A stretch of 64,000 nucleotides of DNA from Narcine bancroftii (GCF_036971445.1 NC_091473.1:236344001-236408000); one strand, 5' to 3'; counted from the stretch's first letter, positions 37,940 to 51,974 are shown. Made by a program: numbers and translations. Notes: generated from the letters alone by a model not told the origin.

Positions 37940-40900
37940 GTAATGAATTTGAAACCTTGCTGAAGTTGAGTGCATGTGTATATTTTGTTCGGCCAAGTGG
38001 GGTATATTTGAATTTTCGCACATTTACAAAAAAAAACACTCAGGAAAACAAATGTAAGTATTAGCAAAGACTAATAACTGAAATCTCATAGAGAAATTCC
38101 TTTTCCATCAAAATATAGCATACTATAGGCCCTTCAGCCCATGATGTTGTGCCAACCTATATTTAAATTTAGACAAACAGCATGTAACAGACCATTCGAC
38201 CTGTGTGTTCAATTACACCCAATTTAATCTACAACCCTGGTGGGAAGACAGTGTAGGATTCAAATCCCAGTCATTGGCACTGTAGCAGCATTGCATTAAT
38301 CGCTACACTAACCCGTGTCGCCTATATAGGCCTTTAAAGAAGAAACCAAAACCCTCTCTACCTTATAATCCTCTTATTTTTCTTTCATCTATGTGCTTGG
38401 CAAAGAGTCTCTTAAATGTCCCTATTGTTCTAGCCTCCACTCACCACCCCTGACAAGACATTCCTGGTATCCACAACTCTGTGTATATAAATAATATAAT
38501 ATAACTAATATAAATATATTTATTATCTATTTTGTATAATAATCTAATGTCTATTATTGCATTTTTTTGCAAGATACCTGTTTGGCCTGCTGTAAATAAG
38601 AATTTTGGTTCATATGAATGTTGTGTTTGTGTGTCTTTTCAAGGTGGATGTTGGATGTTCCCTATCATAAAATCATTGGATTAGGGATGACATTTAGCAT
38701 TATTAACTCTTTTAATCCAGATTTGAGCTGCTGTGACTCTTAAAAAAGGGGAGTGGAAGTTGGAACTTTGAATATTTTAAGGCAAATATAGATGTTGATA
38801 GGCAAGTGGTGAAAGGTTACTGGTGATGGATAGGAATGTGAAGCTGAACTTGTAATAAGATTAGCTATGATCTTGCTGTATGGCAGAGCAGATTTGATGG
38901 TTTATTCCCTTTTGATTTGTGTATTTGTACATCTGAAGGAATTTCCAAAAAAAGTAAGAAAACATTGGATCATAAAGGTTAGGATTTGACAATCTTTTTA
39001 AAGTAATGGAGGTTTAATTCATTAACATAAGTCATTGAGGATAACTGGAGTAACAGTTGCTGCCAAATGCTGGCGATGTAGTTGCAATGACAATGAAAAT
39101 AGGAGGAGTAAGGCATGTGTTTTTTTTTATGGCTGCCCTGCCGTTCAATATGATATTGGCTGATCTGCCTCAGGGTCTCATCTCTTCAGTGCCATTTCCC
39201 CATTGGTTTAATTTTCCAGATTTTTGGAAAATACACCTACCTCAAATACTCCAACGATCTTGCCTCCACAGGCCTCTTAGGGCAAGAATTCCAGAGATTC
39301 ACCATCCTCTGACGGATGTTCTCATGCGATGACACTAGTCAAGATGACAAACCTTTCACTTTGTGTTGCTGTGAAAGGAATCATGGCATTATTATTGCAC
39401 TTTAGTGTAAGTTATTTTGAATAAAAAGTGACCCTATCTTGAGGATTTTTCTAGTGGCTTCCATAGCACTTGATTCTCTAAGGAAATTGTTGTAAGATGT
39501 AAATTGAAATCTTCGCTTGGGTCTATCTTCCACCCTTCCAGGTCATTCAAAATCTAGCGTGCTACATATTAGAGATGTCACTGCTATATTTTCATTTAGG
39601 GACCTCTTGTCATTGAGACTGTTCTCCCTAATGCCATTGATAAAGTTTACTGGTCTCTAACATCAGAATCAGAATTTATTGTCATGAAATTCAGTGTTTT
39701 CCAGCCACATCATAGTAGAAAAATTCATATTCTAACCATCGTGCAACATTGCTATTTTTAAAAAAAAAGAATAATAGGGCACAAAAAGTAAGGCAGTGTC
39801 TTTGGTTCATTGATTATTCAGCAATCTGATGGCCGCGGGGAAGAACCTGTCCTTGTGCCATTGAGTGCTCGTCTTTAGACTCCTCTAGCTTTTTCCCCAA
39901 TGGTAGCAGAGTGAAGAGGGCATGGCCTGGGTAGAGGCTGCTTTTTAAAAGTAGGTGTCCTTGATGGAGTGAAGTCTGATGTCACAGGCTGAGTTAACAA
40001 CCCTCCGGAGTTTATTCTTGTCCTGAGAGTTGGCGCCTCCATACCAGGCAGTGATGCAACCAGCCAGAATGCTCTCCACGGTCCACCTATAGAAGTTTAT
40101 AAAGCTTACACGTAGGATACTGCTGAAATTTTTTTTTTACAGCCCTTGTCTTTTGAAGGCAAGCATTTAGCTCAATCTTGCAATCTGTCATTTGTTTAGT
40201 TCTTGCCTGGAATAAAAAGAAACCTTTGTAAAAATACAATAATAGAAAGTTTTGTTGCCTTTTTTTGCAAAATATTTTTAATTATCTTTTTTCTTTTTCA
40301 ATATTTTTATTGATTTTATAATAATAAAGCATATAAACACATAGATTATATGGAATACATAATAAGTTTGCAAAATATTTTAAATGCCCCAGGATTACCT
40401 GGACATCAATTTTCTCTTATTCATCTTGTGCTTTCATCAGCATCTTTTATTTATAATTTTTTTTATTTATCATCTTACTTTCAGTTTTCTTTTTACTTTT
40501 AAATTTACTTTTATCTTGTATAAAGTAGCATTTGCCTTTGGAACAAAACAATTATCTGGCAGCGCCAATCAGACTGAGCAATTGGTCACGAACTGTCAAG
40601 CGCTAGAATTTTAAGTAGAGCTAATTTTTACTGAACAGAGCAGAGCAGATGACACATGGGACGTCATCTTTTCCACATGTGGAAAAATGAAAGGGTGTCA
40701 ACTTTTCATTGCTCATTTGTAACATTTGTCGGAAAATAGCCCTTTTGTTCCTGTTGAATATAAATTGACTTGGACATGAGGGAAAAAGAATCAAGAAATA
40801 GAAATTCTTACACTCTAAATGTGTTTTTCCCTTGCAATACACTGATGCATACAGTATGTCCATTTTTGTATCTCTTACCTCATGTGTATAACTTTAACCT

Positions 40901-42288
40901 GTAAGAGGTATTGAACACTAACAAAATAGTGAGGAATATTTGTGTCATTTAACTGTGATTAATGGGAACACATCATATTTGGAGCTATATGGATAAATAG
41001 ATTCTAATAATGTCAGTTCTAAAACAAAAGATAATTCTAGGGAAGATAATATTATGGGAAACTATTCTCGAATATATTAACAAATAGAGATTGGAGTGAT
41101 GAAAACCGTCCATCAACCCAAAAGAAAGTGTTAAGAACATCTTGTGCTTGGAAAGGACGGCACTTCCTCTGTCTGCATCCATTTTTACAGAGGTTAATAA
41201 ATTCAATTGGTGTGATGTCTGTCAACTGATGATGCTTTCAAATATGTATTTATTGAGATTAAAAGGAGAAAATTTACTTTGTTGAAATAGGATGCAGAAT
41301 TGTGGTGACATTCTGGAGGATATGAAATGTTAAATCTTTTGTTTAAGACATTGGAAAATAATGGGTACCTGTGTGGACAAATGTCTATAGTCCATAATGG
41401 ATGCAATTTACTTGGGTCAGTTGTAACAGCACACACATGAGGAACATATCTCTTTGTATGTTAACATGCATTTGTATGGATGGTTTAGATATCACCAATG
41501 AAGGAGACTACATTATTTAAGTGAACTTCCTCAAAAGCATTTTGATAAGGTGCTATGTGAAAGATTGCTAAAAGATCGGACAGGATATTAATGGCGATAT
41601 GGCTATAAGGATAGAGGACATTATCTAGAGGACTGAAAGAAGAGAAGATTAATGGATTCCAACTTGGTTAAATCTGAGTTTATTGACTGTTTTACAAATC
41701 TGTTTTGGTGACTTTATTTCAAGCTTGACAGATATCAGTTTTTATTAATAATTTTAAACTAGACCATCACATTATTTGTATACCCACCTTCTAACATGTA
41801 GAGTAAGCATGTAAATAATATATGCTTTAATGTCATTGGTTCCAGGTTATTGGAGTCCAATTATTAACATTGGGATTGTAATTTTCTTTTGCTGATCTGT
41901 GAATGTGAGGAGAAAACAGTTATTGAAGTTGACTAATAAACTATTTCTAAATGATTTTTCTCTTCAGGAAAAATATCAAATTAAAGGACATAGCCAAAAA
42001 TGACAAGAATCCTGAAGTTACAAGAGAATACCTTAACAGAATAAAAGGAATGGTGAAACAAAGTACAACCTAAATATTAAGATTGACTATCAACATATTA
42101 GGATATTTGAGTGGAGAAACAGCCTTAGGATTCGATTTCTGATAGTTAAGAAAAAAAACCACCAAGACTTATCGTTGGGGTTTAAAGTACAATTATTTTG
42201 TAAAAGAAAAATTAAAATCCCGATCATGTACTTTAACAAGTAAGCATGACTTCCATTGTCTAATTGCATTTTTTAAAATATCCTGCAG

Positions 42289-42431
42289 TTTTTCATGAAT
42301 GGGGCAATTCAGGATGTGAACATCTGATACCCAACTGTAGTGAATGTGCTGCCCTGAGTGCTGTTGGAACTGTGAATGACATAAAACACGTGTCCATGAA
42401 TCATCGAATAGTACAACCAATTGTAATCAAG
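42289..42431 (+). CDS. C6orf89: C6orf89 coding exon 3
   Basis: CTGCAG acceptor; (V)FHEWGNSGCEHLIPNCSECA...VQPIVIK (human ANCTGCA...HPLVIK); phase 1 in, phase 0 out. Confidence 0.85.
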
Positions 42432-43607
42432 GTGAAATGATAATTTAAGTATTGATGTTTTCATTTTGAGAATCTTTATTGTCCATTGAATTGGTAATAT
42501 TATCGAAAATGTTGTTGTGAGTGCAAGGTCTGATGAGTGAATAAACTTTTTAAAAGAAAGTTGAATCTGGGGGGAAAAAAACCTAACCAAAAGATGTGAA
42601 ATGATAAAGTCCACACATTCAGGCTTTTGTTTGTAAGGGATGTGGACTACTTATGGAGGATGCCAGTTATTAGTGAGAAGTGAGTGATGTCAGTGATGAG
42701 GAGTGAAGGGGGAATTAATGATTCATCTACTGTGCAATATTAGAGTTGATTAACGTTTTCAAGATAATGCAAATTCATGAAGCTGAGGCCTTATGGTTAT
42801 ATTGCATTCAATTGTCCGGATGGTTCTCATTGTGAGATTACATATTTTAATATATCGTATTAATATTTCAAGTAAATATAAATTAGAGTTTCTTTCAAAT
42901 ACTTCAACAATGTTATTAACAAGCAGCAGGACCATAATAATCTGGAGAAGGTTTAAGTACTGCAACTAACTTGAACTCAGTAAAGTAGGTAGGGAAACGT
43001 ACCAGGATTCATATCATTAACTGCTATTAAGGCACCTCCAAGGAACATTTATTATCAATGGCAGTTAAGTTCCTGACATGACACTTTGTGAACAAACAGC
43101 CTGCAAGGAATTATGGAAGTTAATCTGAATAGAACCCACATTGTGAGGTACTGAAAGATTTTATATATATGGCAGTTAGGGAAACTTGATAAGGAAAGGG
43201 ATGGGGGTTGATTTTTTTTGAGGTAGAAAGTAATCAAGAGAATCATCTGTTTGAGAGGGGTATTCCTTGGGTTAAAATCCTTCAGGTATCCAATGTGAAC
43301 AATTGGGTTTAAATAGAAAATCAAACAAAACATGGTTTCACTTTTTTGTGTTCATGTTTCATGATTAGCAGGAATGCACATAATAGAAAACCATACAGCA
43401 ATCAAATTATTACATTTATTAACTCAGGATTACAAATATATAGCTATGATCTTATAAATGGGATTACGATTATTTTACATTATTGCCAATTACAGCTGAG
43501 GACATATTATTGAGGTTTACAGTATGCATTCCTACAAGTTACAGAATAGTTCTTGTAAATGTGATGCAAATATTAAATTTGCATTCTTGTTCCAATATTT
43601 CCTATAG

Positions 43608-43768
43608 AGTGGATCAGCTGTATCGATGTCATATGAAGATTCGAAACACTTGTATGCAGAAGATAGGGAAGCCATGGATGTATATCCAGAAAATGAGGAT
43701 CTTGAAAGTACAGTTAATGAAAACTCTTGCCTGTTTCCAGAAGAAGAATCCAACCTAATTATTCACTG
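43608..43768 (+). CDS. C6orf89: C6orf89 coding exon 4
   Basis: CCTATAG acceptor; SGSAVSMSYEDSKHL...SCLFPEEESNLIIH(W); donor TG|GTGAG, phase 2. Divergent but frame-consistent with both neighbours. Confidence 0.75.
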
Positions 43769-45723
43769 GTGAGATTAAATACAGTGAATCTAGTTAAATT
43801 CTTCTTAGAAAAAAAATCTTTGGATTTTGTTTTCCTTTTTAATTTTCATTATTACGATTTGAATATTTTCATACTTTTTTCATATACTTCGGTTGAGCAG
43901 ACGTCTTCTTTCATACTACTGCCCTGTAAGATAACCTGTAACAGAAACCTAATATTAAGCCAGTTTCAGTTTGTTGAAAGTTACTTGGTCAGCAGCATAG
44001 TGATTATTTTTAAATGTTTCTAAGACTTTCTGAAATTTCAGAATACCGGGCAAGTAACATTTAAACTGCACCAATGCAGGCAATAACTATTTCTGTAAAA
44101 AGAGAGTCTGACGATTTCCCTTATCATCAACATTGTGGAGATTTGCCATTGATTAGAAACTTAACCTGAGAACAACATAAATAATGTACTGAGACTGGCA
44201 GTATATTATAGCAGCTGATTAAAGACCTGAATGAACAAAAGGGTTTCCAATAATTTTGACAGACTAGTTACATGTGATTCAGTTCTCTCTGTCTGCCTGC
44301 AAAGTGTTCAGAACAATGAAGAACAAGACTACGTATGAAATAAAGGCAGACATAACCCCCCCCCCTCCCTCTTTCAGCCAACTCTCCTAAGGAGAGCCAT
44401 AAAGAAAAAAGATAAAGAAAAGCATACATATTAAAATCTAGTCAATATAAATCAAAATGTAAATATTCTGAATATAACAACCACCTATTAATAAAACATA
44501 TGAAGCAGACGTAACCTTAAGAATTGTCTGCTCCATCATGTGGATTGTGACTGATCTTCTATGCCAAGTTCATTTTGCAGATGCTACACCCTTTTATCAC
44601 AAACCTTTGGAATTGAAGTAATCTGTAGACCTCTGCTTTGAATATAATTGATGACTAAGCATCCACATTCCTCTGAGGTGGACCTCCTTTTCCATGATTC
44701 TCTCCTAATCACGCTGGCCCCTCTCAGGATCAGAAGTATCTCAATGAGATATCCTAGCATTTTTCTGGTCCAGGTTGGTCTTACTGGTATCCATTCATCT
44801 CAAAAATCAATCCAGAGAACCTACACTGCATTAACTCAAAGCTGTAGGCCTTTCTACAGCTACTGATATTAGAAATGCACACAATACTCCCTTCCGAGCC
44901 CTATATATTTTTTAAATTTAGACTTTCCTTTTATGGAGGTAGCAAATTATTGAAATTTCTTAATTGTTTACTGTACCTGAATGTTTATTTTTGGTAGTTC
45001 ATGATCCAGCACATCAAAATCTTGTTGTATGCCAATATTTAATAGATTCCTGTATTTTAGGTATTTTTATTCTTATCAAAGTGAATATCATCAAATTTTT
45101 CTTCTTGTCTACCTTCTTCATCTACTTCTGCATCCTTTTTACATCTTGCTTTCTTTCCCACCTTTACGGGTAATTTGCCTTTTCATTAAATCAAGTAAAA
45201 TAAATTGTAAATAGCAGCTGGTATTGGTCCCTGTTTTAACAGTCTGCCAAGCTGAAGACAACCATTTATTTTTACTCTTTTCTAACCTTTCTTCATTGCC
45301 ATATACAACCATGTCCTTCGTTACCACCAATGGCTGTAGAATGTACCAACTAAACTATACAACCAGAAACTTGCTGATGTTTTGAAGTATTTCTCAAATC
45401 TGTCAAGTCTACCAAGAGTCGAGGGCAGCATAAAAAGGAACAATGTCACCTGCAAGTTTCTCATTTCAATATACAAATCCTAAATTGTAAATCTGTTCCT
45501 GATCATATACTGCCATGGGTTTTAAATCATAGAGGTATTCACTTCAGAATGCTGTGAGGGGAGGAATCATCAAATGGACTGCAGCAATTCATGTCAGTCA
45601 CTTTTGCCCTGCAAGCAATGTATATAATAATAGTTGAGCTGTAAGAATAAACACTAATTATCGATCAATGAGTATAAATGGCAATGTTTTCCATATGGTT
45701 AAATCATCCATTAGTTTCTAAAC

Positions 45724-46074
45724 CAATGGTTCTCAACTTTTTTTTCTTTCCACTCACATACTACTTTAAGTATTCCCTATGCCATAGGTTCTCTGATTAG
45801 TGAGGGTGGAAACAAAATGTTTGAAAATCACTGTTTTAATTGTACCTCATTGACTCGCCATGTGCACGGTTTCCTAACTCCGAAGGAAATGGGCCAATGA
45901 CAATTTTTCTTAAGCAAAATATTTCAGTAACAATTGGGTCTAGAGCAGTGATTCTCAACCCTCCCTTCCCACTCACATCCCACCTTAAGCAATCCCTTAC
46001 TAATCACAGAGCAGTGATGGCACAAGGATTCCTTAGTGGTATGTGAGTGGAAAGAAAAAGGTTGAGAACCACTG
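45724..46074. mobile_element. Composite hAT MITE (MITE-spacer-MITE)
   Basis: CAATGGTTCTCAAC...GTTGAGAACCACTG; TSD TTCTAAAC/TTCTAAAT; internal TIRs; related inverted copy at about 57075-57315. Confidence 0.8.
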
Positions 46075-46820
46075 TTCTAAATGGTAAATAATTTAAACAG
46101 AATATAATTGTTTAGTATTTTCTTATTCTGTTTGTACAGATATCTCACTTCTTTAAGGCAAGAATGCAATTGTAGTTTAAAGTGGATATTTATTTATACT
46201 TGAAAGTAACATGAGAACTTGAGTTTAAAGTAGGTAGTATATATCTAAACAGTAAAGAAATGACACGTGAAGATATTTCTTTTTTCAGAAGTCATGCCAA
46301 AATGTTAGTATTGTGTTACGTGCATTCCCATTTATGCTTAAAAGTGATACATATATGCAAATTGTACAATTCATTCAAAATTGCATATTTTGTTATTTGC
46401 TTATCACTTCACTTCCCAAGAGGTGAGTTCTGGTCTAAAGTCAATCTTGGGAAACCATGATTTCTGTGAGAAAACAGAATTAAACAGCAAATGGAGCCCT
46501 TGCCAAAGGGAATACCTTGAGGGAAGGGAGAAATAATTTGTATATTGTGGGGGAAAAAAAAAGATTTACCGGTAATTGAACATATAGTTTTAAAGAATAC
46601 GCTACTTGTGGCTAGCTTTGGATTCCATCTGCATAAGACCAGCTTAAATTATTACAGATATGCTAGTAGATTACTGAAAACGTTTATTTATTATTTTTTG
46701 TTCTTTCAATTCAGACATTTGATTCTATTTTATTTTGAGGAATTAAAGCATCAATGGATATGTAATCTTGTATTTTTTTGAACAATAACCATATTTTAAT
46801 TTTTTTTCCCCATAATACAG

Positions 46821-46956
46821 GAGAAAGCAACGTATAAATGGAATGCATATACTGCAAGCAATTTTTCCAAATTCAAGCATGTTGCCCCTTGAGAATAAAG
46901 TATCCCTGAAGAAATGTTTAATAACACCTAGCCGTGGTTCTCCATTCCAACTCCTG
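46821..46956 (+). CDS. C6orf89: C6orf89 coding exon 5
   Basis: TACAG acceptor; (W)RKQRINGMHILQAIFPNSSMLPLENKVSLKKCLI...QLL (human WRRPLNRSQMLRELFP...SLNKC); donor GTAAG. Confidence 0.85.
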
Positions 46957-48192
46957 GTAAGGATGAATGACCTAAGAGAATTATGCTCTGTGGGTGAACA
47001 GTGAACAAAAAATGAAACACTAGTTATCTTTTTCGCTGGTAAAGTTATTACACAGAAGCATTCATGCTTTTTAAAATTTGAATAGCAGAGCATATTTTTG
47101 CTCCTCAGTTTTATCCACTTACAAAAAGCCTTCTGGTTTTCAATGACTTTTGTAACACATTTATTAATTAAGATAATGTTTTCATCACTCTTGCAGTATT
47201 GTGCTATAATTTATTCTTTAGCTGGAGAGAAGGGACAATCACAGAACCATGTTTTAAATAAATTAATCACCGGGCCAATTCAGCCATTAGGGCTGCTCTC
47301 TGCGGCTCAAAACGCGGCAGAGAAATGGGCATCTTCCCTACTCATAATCCCCTACACATCTGGAACTGTTCTGGGAAACACAGCGTTTCCAGTTGCGTGG
47401 AGGATTATGGTAGGGAAGACGGCCATTGCTCTGCCGCGTATTTACAACAGGTGGCTCTACGACACCAGTCGCCCTGCCTGCACTCGCTCCAGAGGGTGCT
47501 ATGAAGCATCGCTCAACGTGAATGCGGCACAGGATCAGCCTTTCAGGGCTGCTTCATGAAAGGTAAGTTTTATGTTTTCCCTCGTACTTGAAGCTGGCCT
47601 CCAGGTGGATGCCTGGCATGTAAGGGCAGGTGTTGCCAGCTTGAAATTGTATGGTTGTCCAAACATTTTGCAACCATGTGATTTACTGTGACACCATTCC
47701 TTCCCTGGGAAGCTGTTCATTAAATTCAAATGCACTATTTAGTAAAATGTATTGAAATTAAGTTACAAAATATTGCCAAATAGCTGTTTCATACATTGTA
47801 AATCTTTATTTTGATTACGGCAATCTCAAATGGGATGACATTTTTCCTTTAGAGAGTTGCTCTGTGTACTTTGCAATATATTAACCTTTATTTTCAGAGA
47901 TAAAACAATAATTTGGATAAGTTCTACTTTAAATTGAGTATTCTCCAGTTTTCTCCTTTGCTTATTTTCTGAACAGAAATTAAATTTCAACAATTCAACA
48001 GGGAACGATATGAATGTCCTGTTTTTTTATCTGAAGGCACAAGTAAAAGTAGCAGAGATAAATATTATTAGATTGTTGAAGGAATCAACTGCTTTAAGGG
48101 ATTAAAGTATTTAAATCAAATGTTAGGAAAGTAAATAAATGAAATGCATATTTTGTATGATTTTAAAAGTTACTTGTGTCTCTATTTTGTAG

Positions 48193-48325
48193 TCCCAACA
48201 CCTCCAGATAAAAAACAGCTGGCTGCTTGTCGGGAGAGGTCATCTGAAACTTCAGATTAATGCTTCTGAAAAATGTGCAGAACAGTGTGGTTCCTTTTTA
48301 GTCCAGCTAGATGAAGGTGATATTG
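48193..48325 (+). CDS. C6orf89: C6orf89 coding exon 6
   Basis: TTGTAG acceptor; SQHLQIKNSWLLVGRGHLKLQINASEKCAEQCGSFLVQLDEGDI (human IIGSG...QCRRHCQS...EPGDI); donor G|GTAGG. Confidence 0.87.
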
Positions 48326-49171
48326 GTAGGTAGTAATTTTTGTTACTCATCTTGTTTTTGTATTCTGTGGGAGTGGATTTGTTGAGGTCATCAGTTAAGG
48401 AGATAGGCTCCATTTAAATAATTCTGTCCATTTTAATTAAACATATAATGTGTAACTGAACAGACAAAGATACTTGTAATGACCAGGCTGTTAAAGATTA
48501 TGGAGTGATAACTAACTCCTGGTTACTTTTTCCCCAGTGAGCAATTTTAAAAAGCTATAAATATCAAAAAGATACATTTTGATAAACTGGGTGTGCTGCT
48601 TTCAGTGGAATCGGAATAATTTCACTCCTTTGTCGGTCATTTCGATGTCATATATTGAAAGTATCAATGGACAAAATATGTTGTTTGATGGAGGATTTGT
48701 TTAGCTAGCAGAAAGAACATTTTTTGTTTGCATTTTTCTGGATGTCAAATATTGCTCTACACCCAGTAGCAAGCAGCCTAAAATGATTTACAAAATTACT
48801 TGGCACAATTTTATATATTCATTTTTCTATATAATTGTTTTTGACATATCCAAACAAAAGACCAATCTAAGTAAAATACATTGCACATGATCATACAGTA
48901 AGATTTTATTTTTACTGTTGTTAGAATTGTGCAATATGTCCAAACTACCACCCATCTCCGAATTCCTTGTTTTGTTTATTCAGTGTGATCTTAAAAAAAA
49001 ATGTACAGTGTCTTTAAATAATACAATATTCCCTCTATTTATGATCAATGTGGCATAGTTCAGATTTAAAATAATTTCACATTTTTCTTAAACTTAAGTT
49101 CATTAATGAGCAGAGAGGTATGTGTTTATTCAATTACACTGGATTAACTTAATTTTTAAATTTTTTTGCAG

Positions 49172-49254
49172 TTTATGCCAATCCAAACTACTGGCAGATG
49201 ACGATTTCACCAGCTGGAGAGCAAACTGTTATTATTTGTGTTGGATCCATCTAA
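49172..49254 (+). CDS. C6orf89: C6orf89 coding exon 7 (terminal)
   Basis: TTTTGCAG acceptor; (V)YANPNYWQMTISPAGEQTVIICVGSI-stop (human YVDTTHWKV...PLVICDG). The seven exons sum to 1014 nt = 337 aa + stop. Confidence 0.87.
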
Positions 49255-49324
49255 TTAAGGACACTATTGATTATGTTACATTTGTTCTGTTTCAAAGTAT
49301 AATTTTTAACAAAACTAAAAATGT

Positions 49325-49501
49325 CTTAGTTGACAGAATATACCAATGAGGTGCAGGAGTGAACCACTTTACTGGAGTCTGCACTTAGTTGACAGAATAT
49401 ACCAATGAGGTGCAGGAGTGAACCACTTTACTGGAGTCTGCACTTAGTTGACAGAATATACCAATGAGGTGCAGGAGTGAACCACTTTACTGGAGTCTGC
49501 A
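49325..49501 (+). repeat. Perfect 59-bp tandem triplication in the C6orf89 3' UTR
   Basis: CTTAGTTGACAGAATATACCAATGAGGTGCAGGAGTGAACCACTTTACTGGAGTCTGCA starts at 49325, 49384 and 49443. Confidence 0.95.
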
Positions 49502-49882
49502 CCTAATTGTTGCATTGCACAAAAATTCTAAGTGTTGTATTGAGTTTTGAAAAGTCCAATGTAGTTTTTCAGTTCCAGGTGTGTTTCACTTGCTAGTTAC
49601 CCACTTTGGTTGCCTGTAAATACTTTTTATCTGAGAAAGTATTAGATATTATTTCCATGAGCCTTAATATATTTATGTACATTTGACTTTTTAGGTTGTT
49701 GTCTTAATTAACTAATGGGGGATAAATTATTAATTTTTTTTGGAGAATTGACTACTAATTATTCACTTCTTTAACAGAAGTTATGAGTAATTAAACAGAA
49801 TGAGCTGAAGATGATATTAAATTTTGGGGAATAGGTGGCAAAATATTTTCCAAGAAAGAGACATAATGGTATAATACTAAAT

Positions 49883-50505
49883 CAGGGGTCGCCAAACTTT
49901 TTTGACAGTCTTTGTCTTCAGGGACTACGTCGTCCCTCATCAAGCCCCAGGCGTGAAATCGTGGTGCTGTAACACAGTTGGGGAGGGGGCGGGGGGGCGC
50001 AGGGAGCAGTGCTGGGTAGGTTGGCCAGATGTCCAGTTTTAGGCCAAACAGTCCAGCTTTTGAGCCCGCTCTCCTCCGTCTGGTGACACCTCAAGCCAGA
50101 TGTTAATTTGTCCTCCATTTGGGGTGTAGGACCCCCAAATGGAGGACAAATTAAGGGGCAGAAACGAACTTATCTGTTAAATGCAGCATCCCATGGTCCA
50201 CAGACTGCGCAGTTGGCTGGCCCATGCATGATAAGGAGGAAATGTAACAGTGACACTTGAAGTTCCAGCTGGGGAAGTGTGTCGGTGGCACACAAATGTT
50301 CTTGGCAGATAAGTCTCTCCTTCACCCCCACCCCCCCACCCCCCCCCCCCCCCCCCCCCCCATGCTGGACAGGAGGGTGGTGTGGAAGCACTATTTTAAA
50401 TCGACCTTCCCCATATTATCGACTCCCACCCCCCGGCATTTATCAACCCCCTGGAGATTCCCATCGACCCCTGGGGACCGATATTGACCACTTTGGAGAT
50501 CCCTA
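49883..50505. mobile_element. hAT-type MITE
   Basis: CAGGGGTCGCCAAA...TTTGGAGATCCCTA; TSD TACTAAAT/TATTAAAT (7/8). Confidence 0.7.
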
Positions 50506-51974
50506 TATTAAATGCTTTAATTGAGGCAAAACACTTTTGTGCAAAATACTTGTTTGAAATGAGGCGGTTTGGAAATCTGGTAATATAAATATTACCTCCC
50601 GATGTACATATTTTATATATTTGTATAATGTATAAAGTTTTTAAAAATCCTTTTGCCTTTTTTGATGAATCAAAAATAAATGTTTAAACAATTGAATAGT
50701 TTGTTTAGAATTTTGTTCCAGGTGTCACTACAGACTTTTAAATTGTCGTGAATGCGGAACAAGTGTTGCTTTTATTACAAGCTCCTGTTGTTTTTTAGAG
50801 AATGTTACTTTGGGGGTTGGTCCAGGGTGCAAAAACATTCATACATTTTACACCATCTTCTCTGACAGCTTGGCACAATTAAGTCCAAACTATAAATAAA
50901 AGAATGCTGTCAACTAAGAACCTAGAACAATGTATGTTTACCCAAAGAAAAACAGATGGAGAGAGAGAAATCATATGATTATGAGTCATGTGTTTGGGAC
51001 ACTGAAACAGAATTCAGTATTGATCAGGCATTCATCTGAAAAACACAAAGAGACTTTGTGTTTAATGAACAATTTTGCTGATTCTCTTTGTCAGGAAAAT
51101 TATTGAACCACTAAGACTATTGTAATGGTCATTTTGATTGACCATATCTGAGTAAAGAAAGCAGGATCATTCCTGCATTTGAATCATGACCATTTTGATG
51201 ATCATTTCATCTGACCCATGCCTGGATTTTGGAAACATCGTGGAAGTCGCATGTTTCATTTCTCCTTATGCAAGAAGAGGGGAGTTGTGCAGCCATTCAT
51301 ATGAAAGGACATTTCTCTGGAAGTGACTTGACAAGGATTAGTGAGTTTTTAGCAGTTTGATCACTCAGTGTCTCACCTCCTTTGTAATTACTTCTGCACA
51401 GCAGTTTAAAAGTGTAAGGATTTCAAAGACTGAACTTTGGGAATGACTTACCAGTATTGTGCCTGGGCACTGGTTTGGGTGAAAGACACACACACACATT
51501 TGGGGGTTAAGTTTAGATATGTTAGTTAAGGTGTTATATTATTAGTAATTATTACTAAATATTTTACTTTAAAATAACAGTGAATTTCTTTTCCTGCTGG
51601 TCTGCGACGTAACACTTATATGTGATCTCTGCAATCTGAGTAATTTGAACATGATGACTTGTGATACATTTTTATACATGCAATTGTCTATACATACTCA
51701 ACTTTTACTCTTTTGCAACATTAAACACTGGAAAATATATTCACACTTGTATGTGAAAATCAACGCAGGTCATACCTCGAGGATCGTGAGAAGTCAAGCA
51801 TGGGGCATTCTAGTAACGAAGCATAAACTTGTGCAAATCTGGTGCTATTTTTAAGGGTTTTTTTAATGCTCAAACTAAAATTTGGTTGATTTGCAAAATC
51901 AAATGTTTCATGCATTTTTAAATGTTTTCTAGATGTTTTAGAACTTTCTTTTGATACTCCGACTTGCTCTAACA

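Noticed and set aside
40621-40863. Minus-strand FSTCGKDDVPCVICSALFS resembling a hAT/BED zinc-finger start
   Set aside because: The similarity is too short and is followed by stops; it cannot be supported without a profile search.
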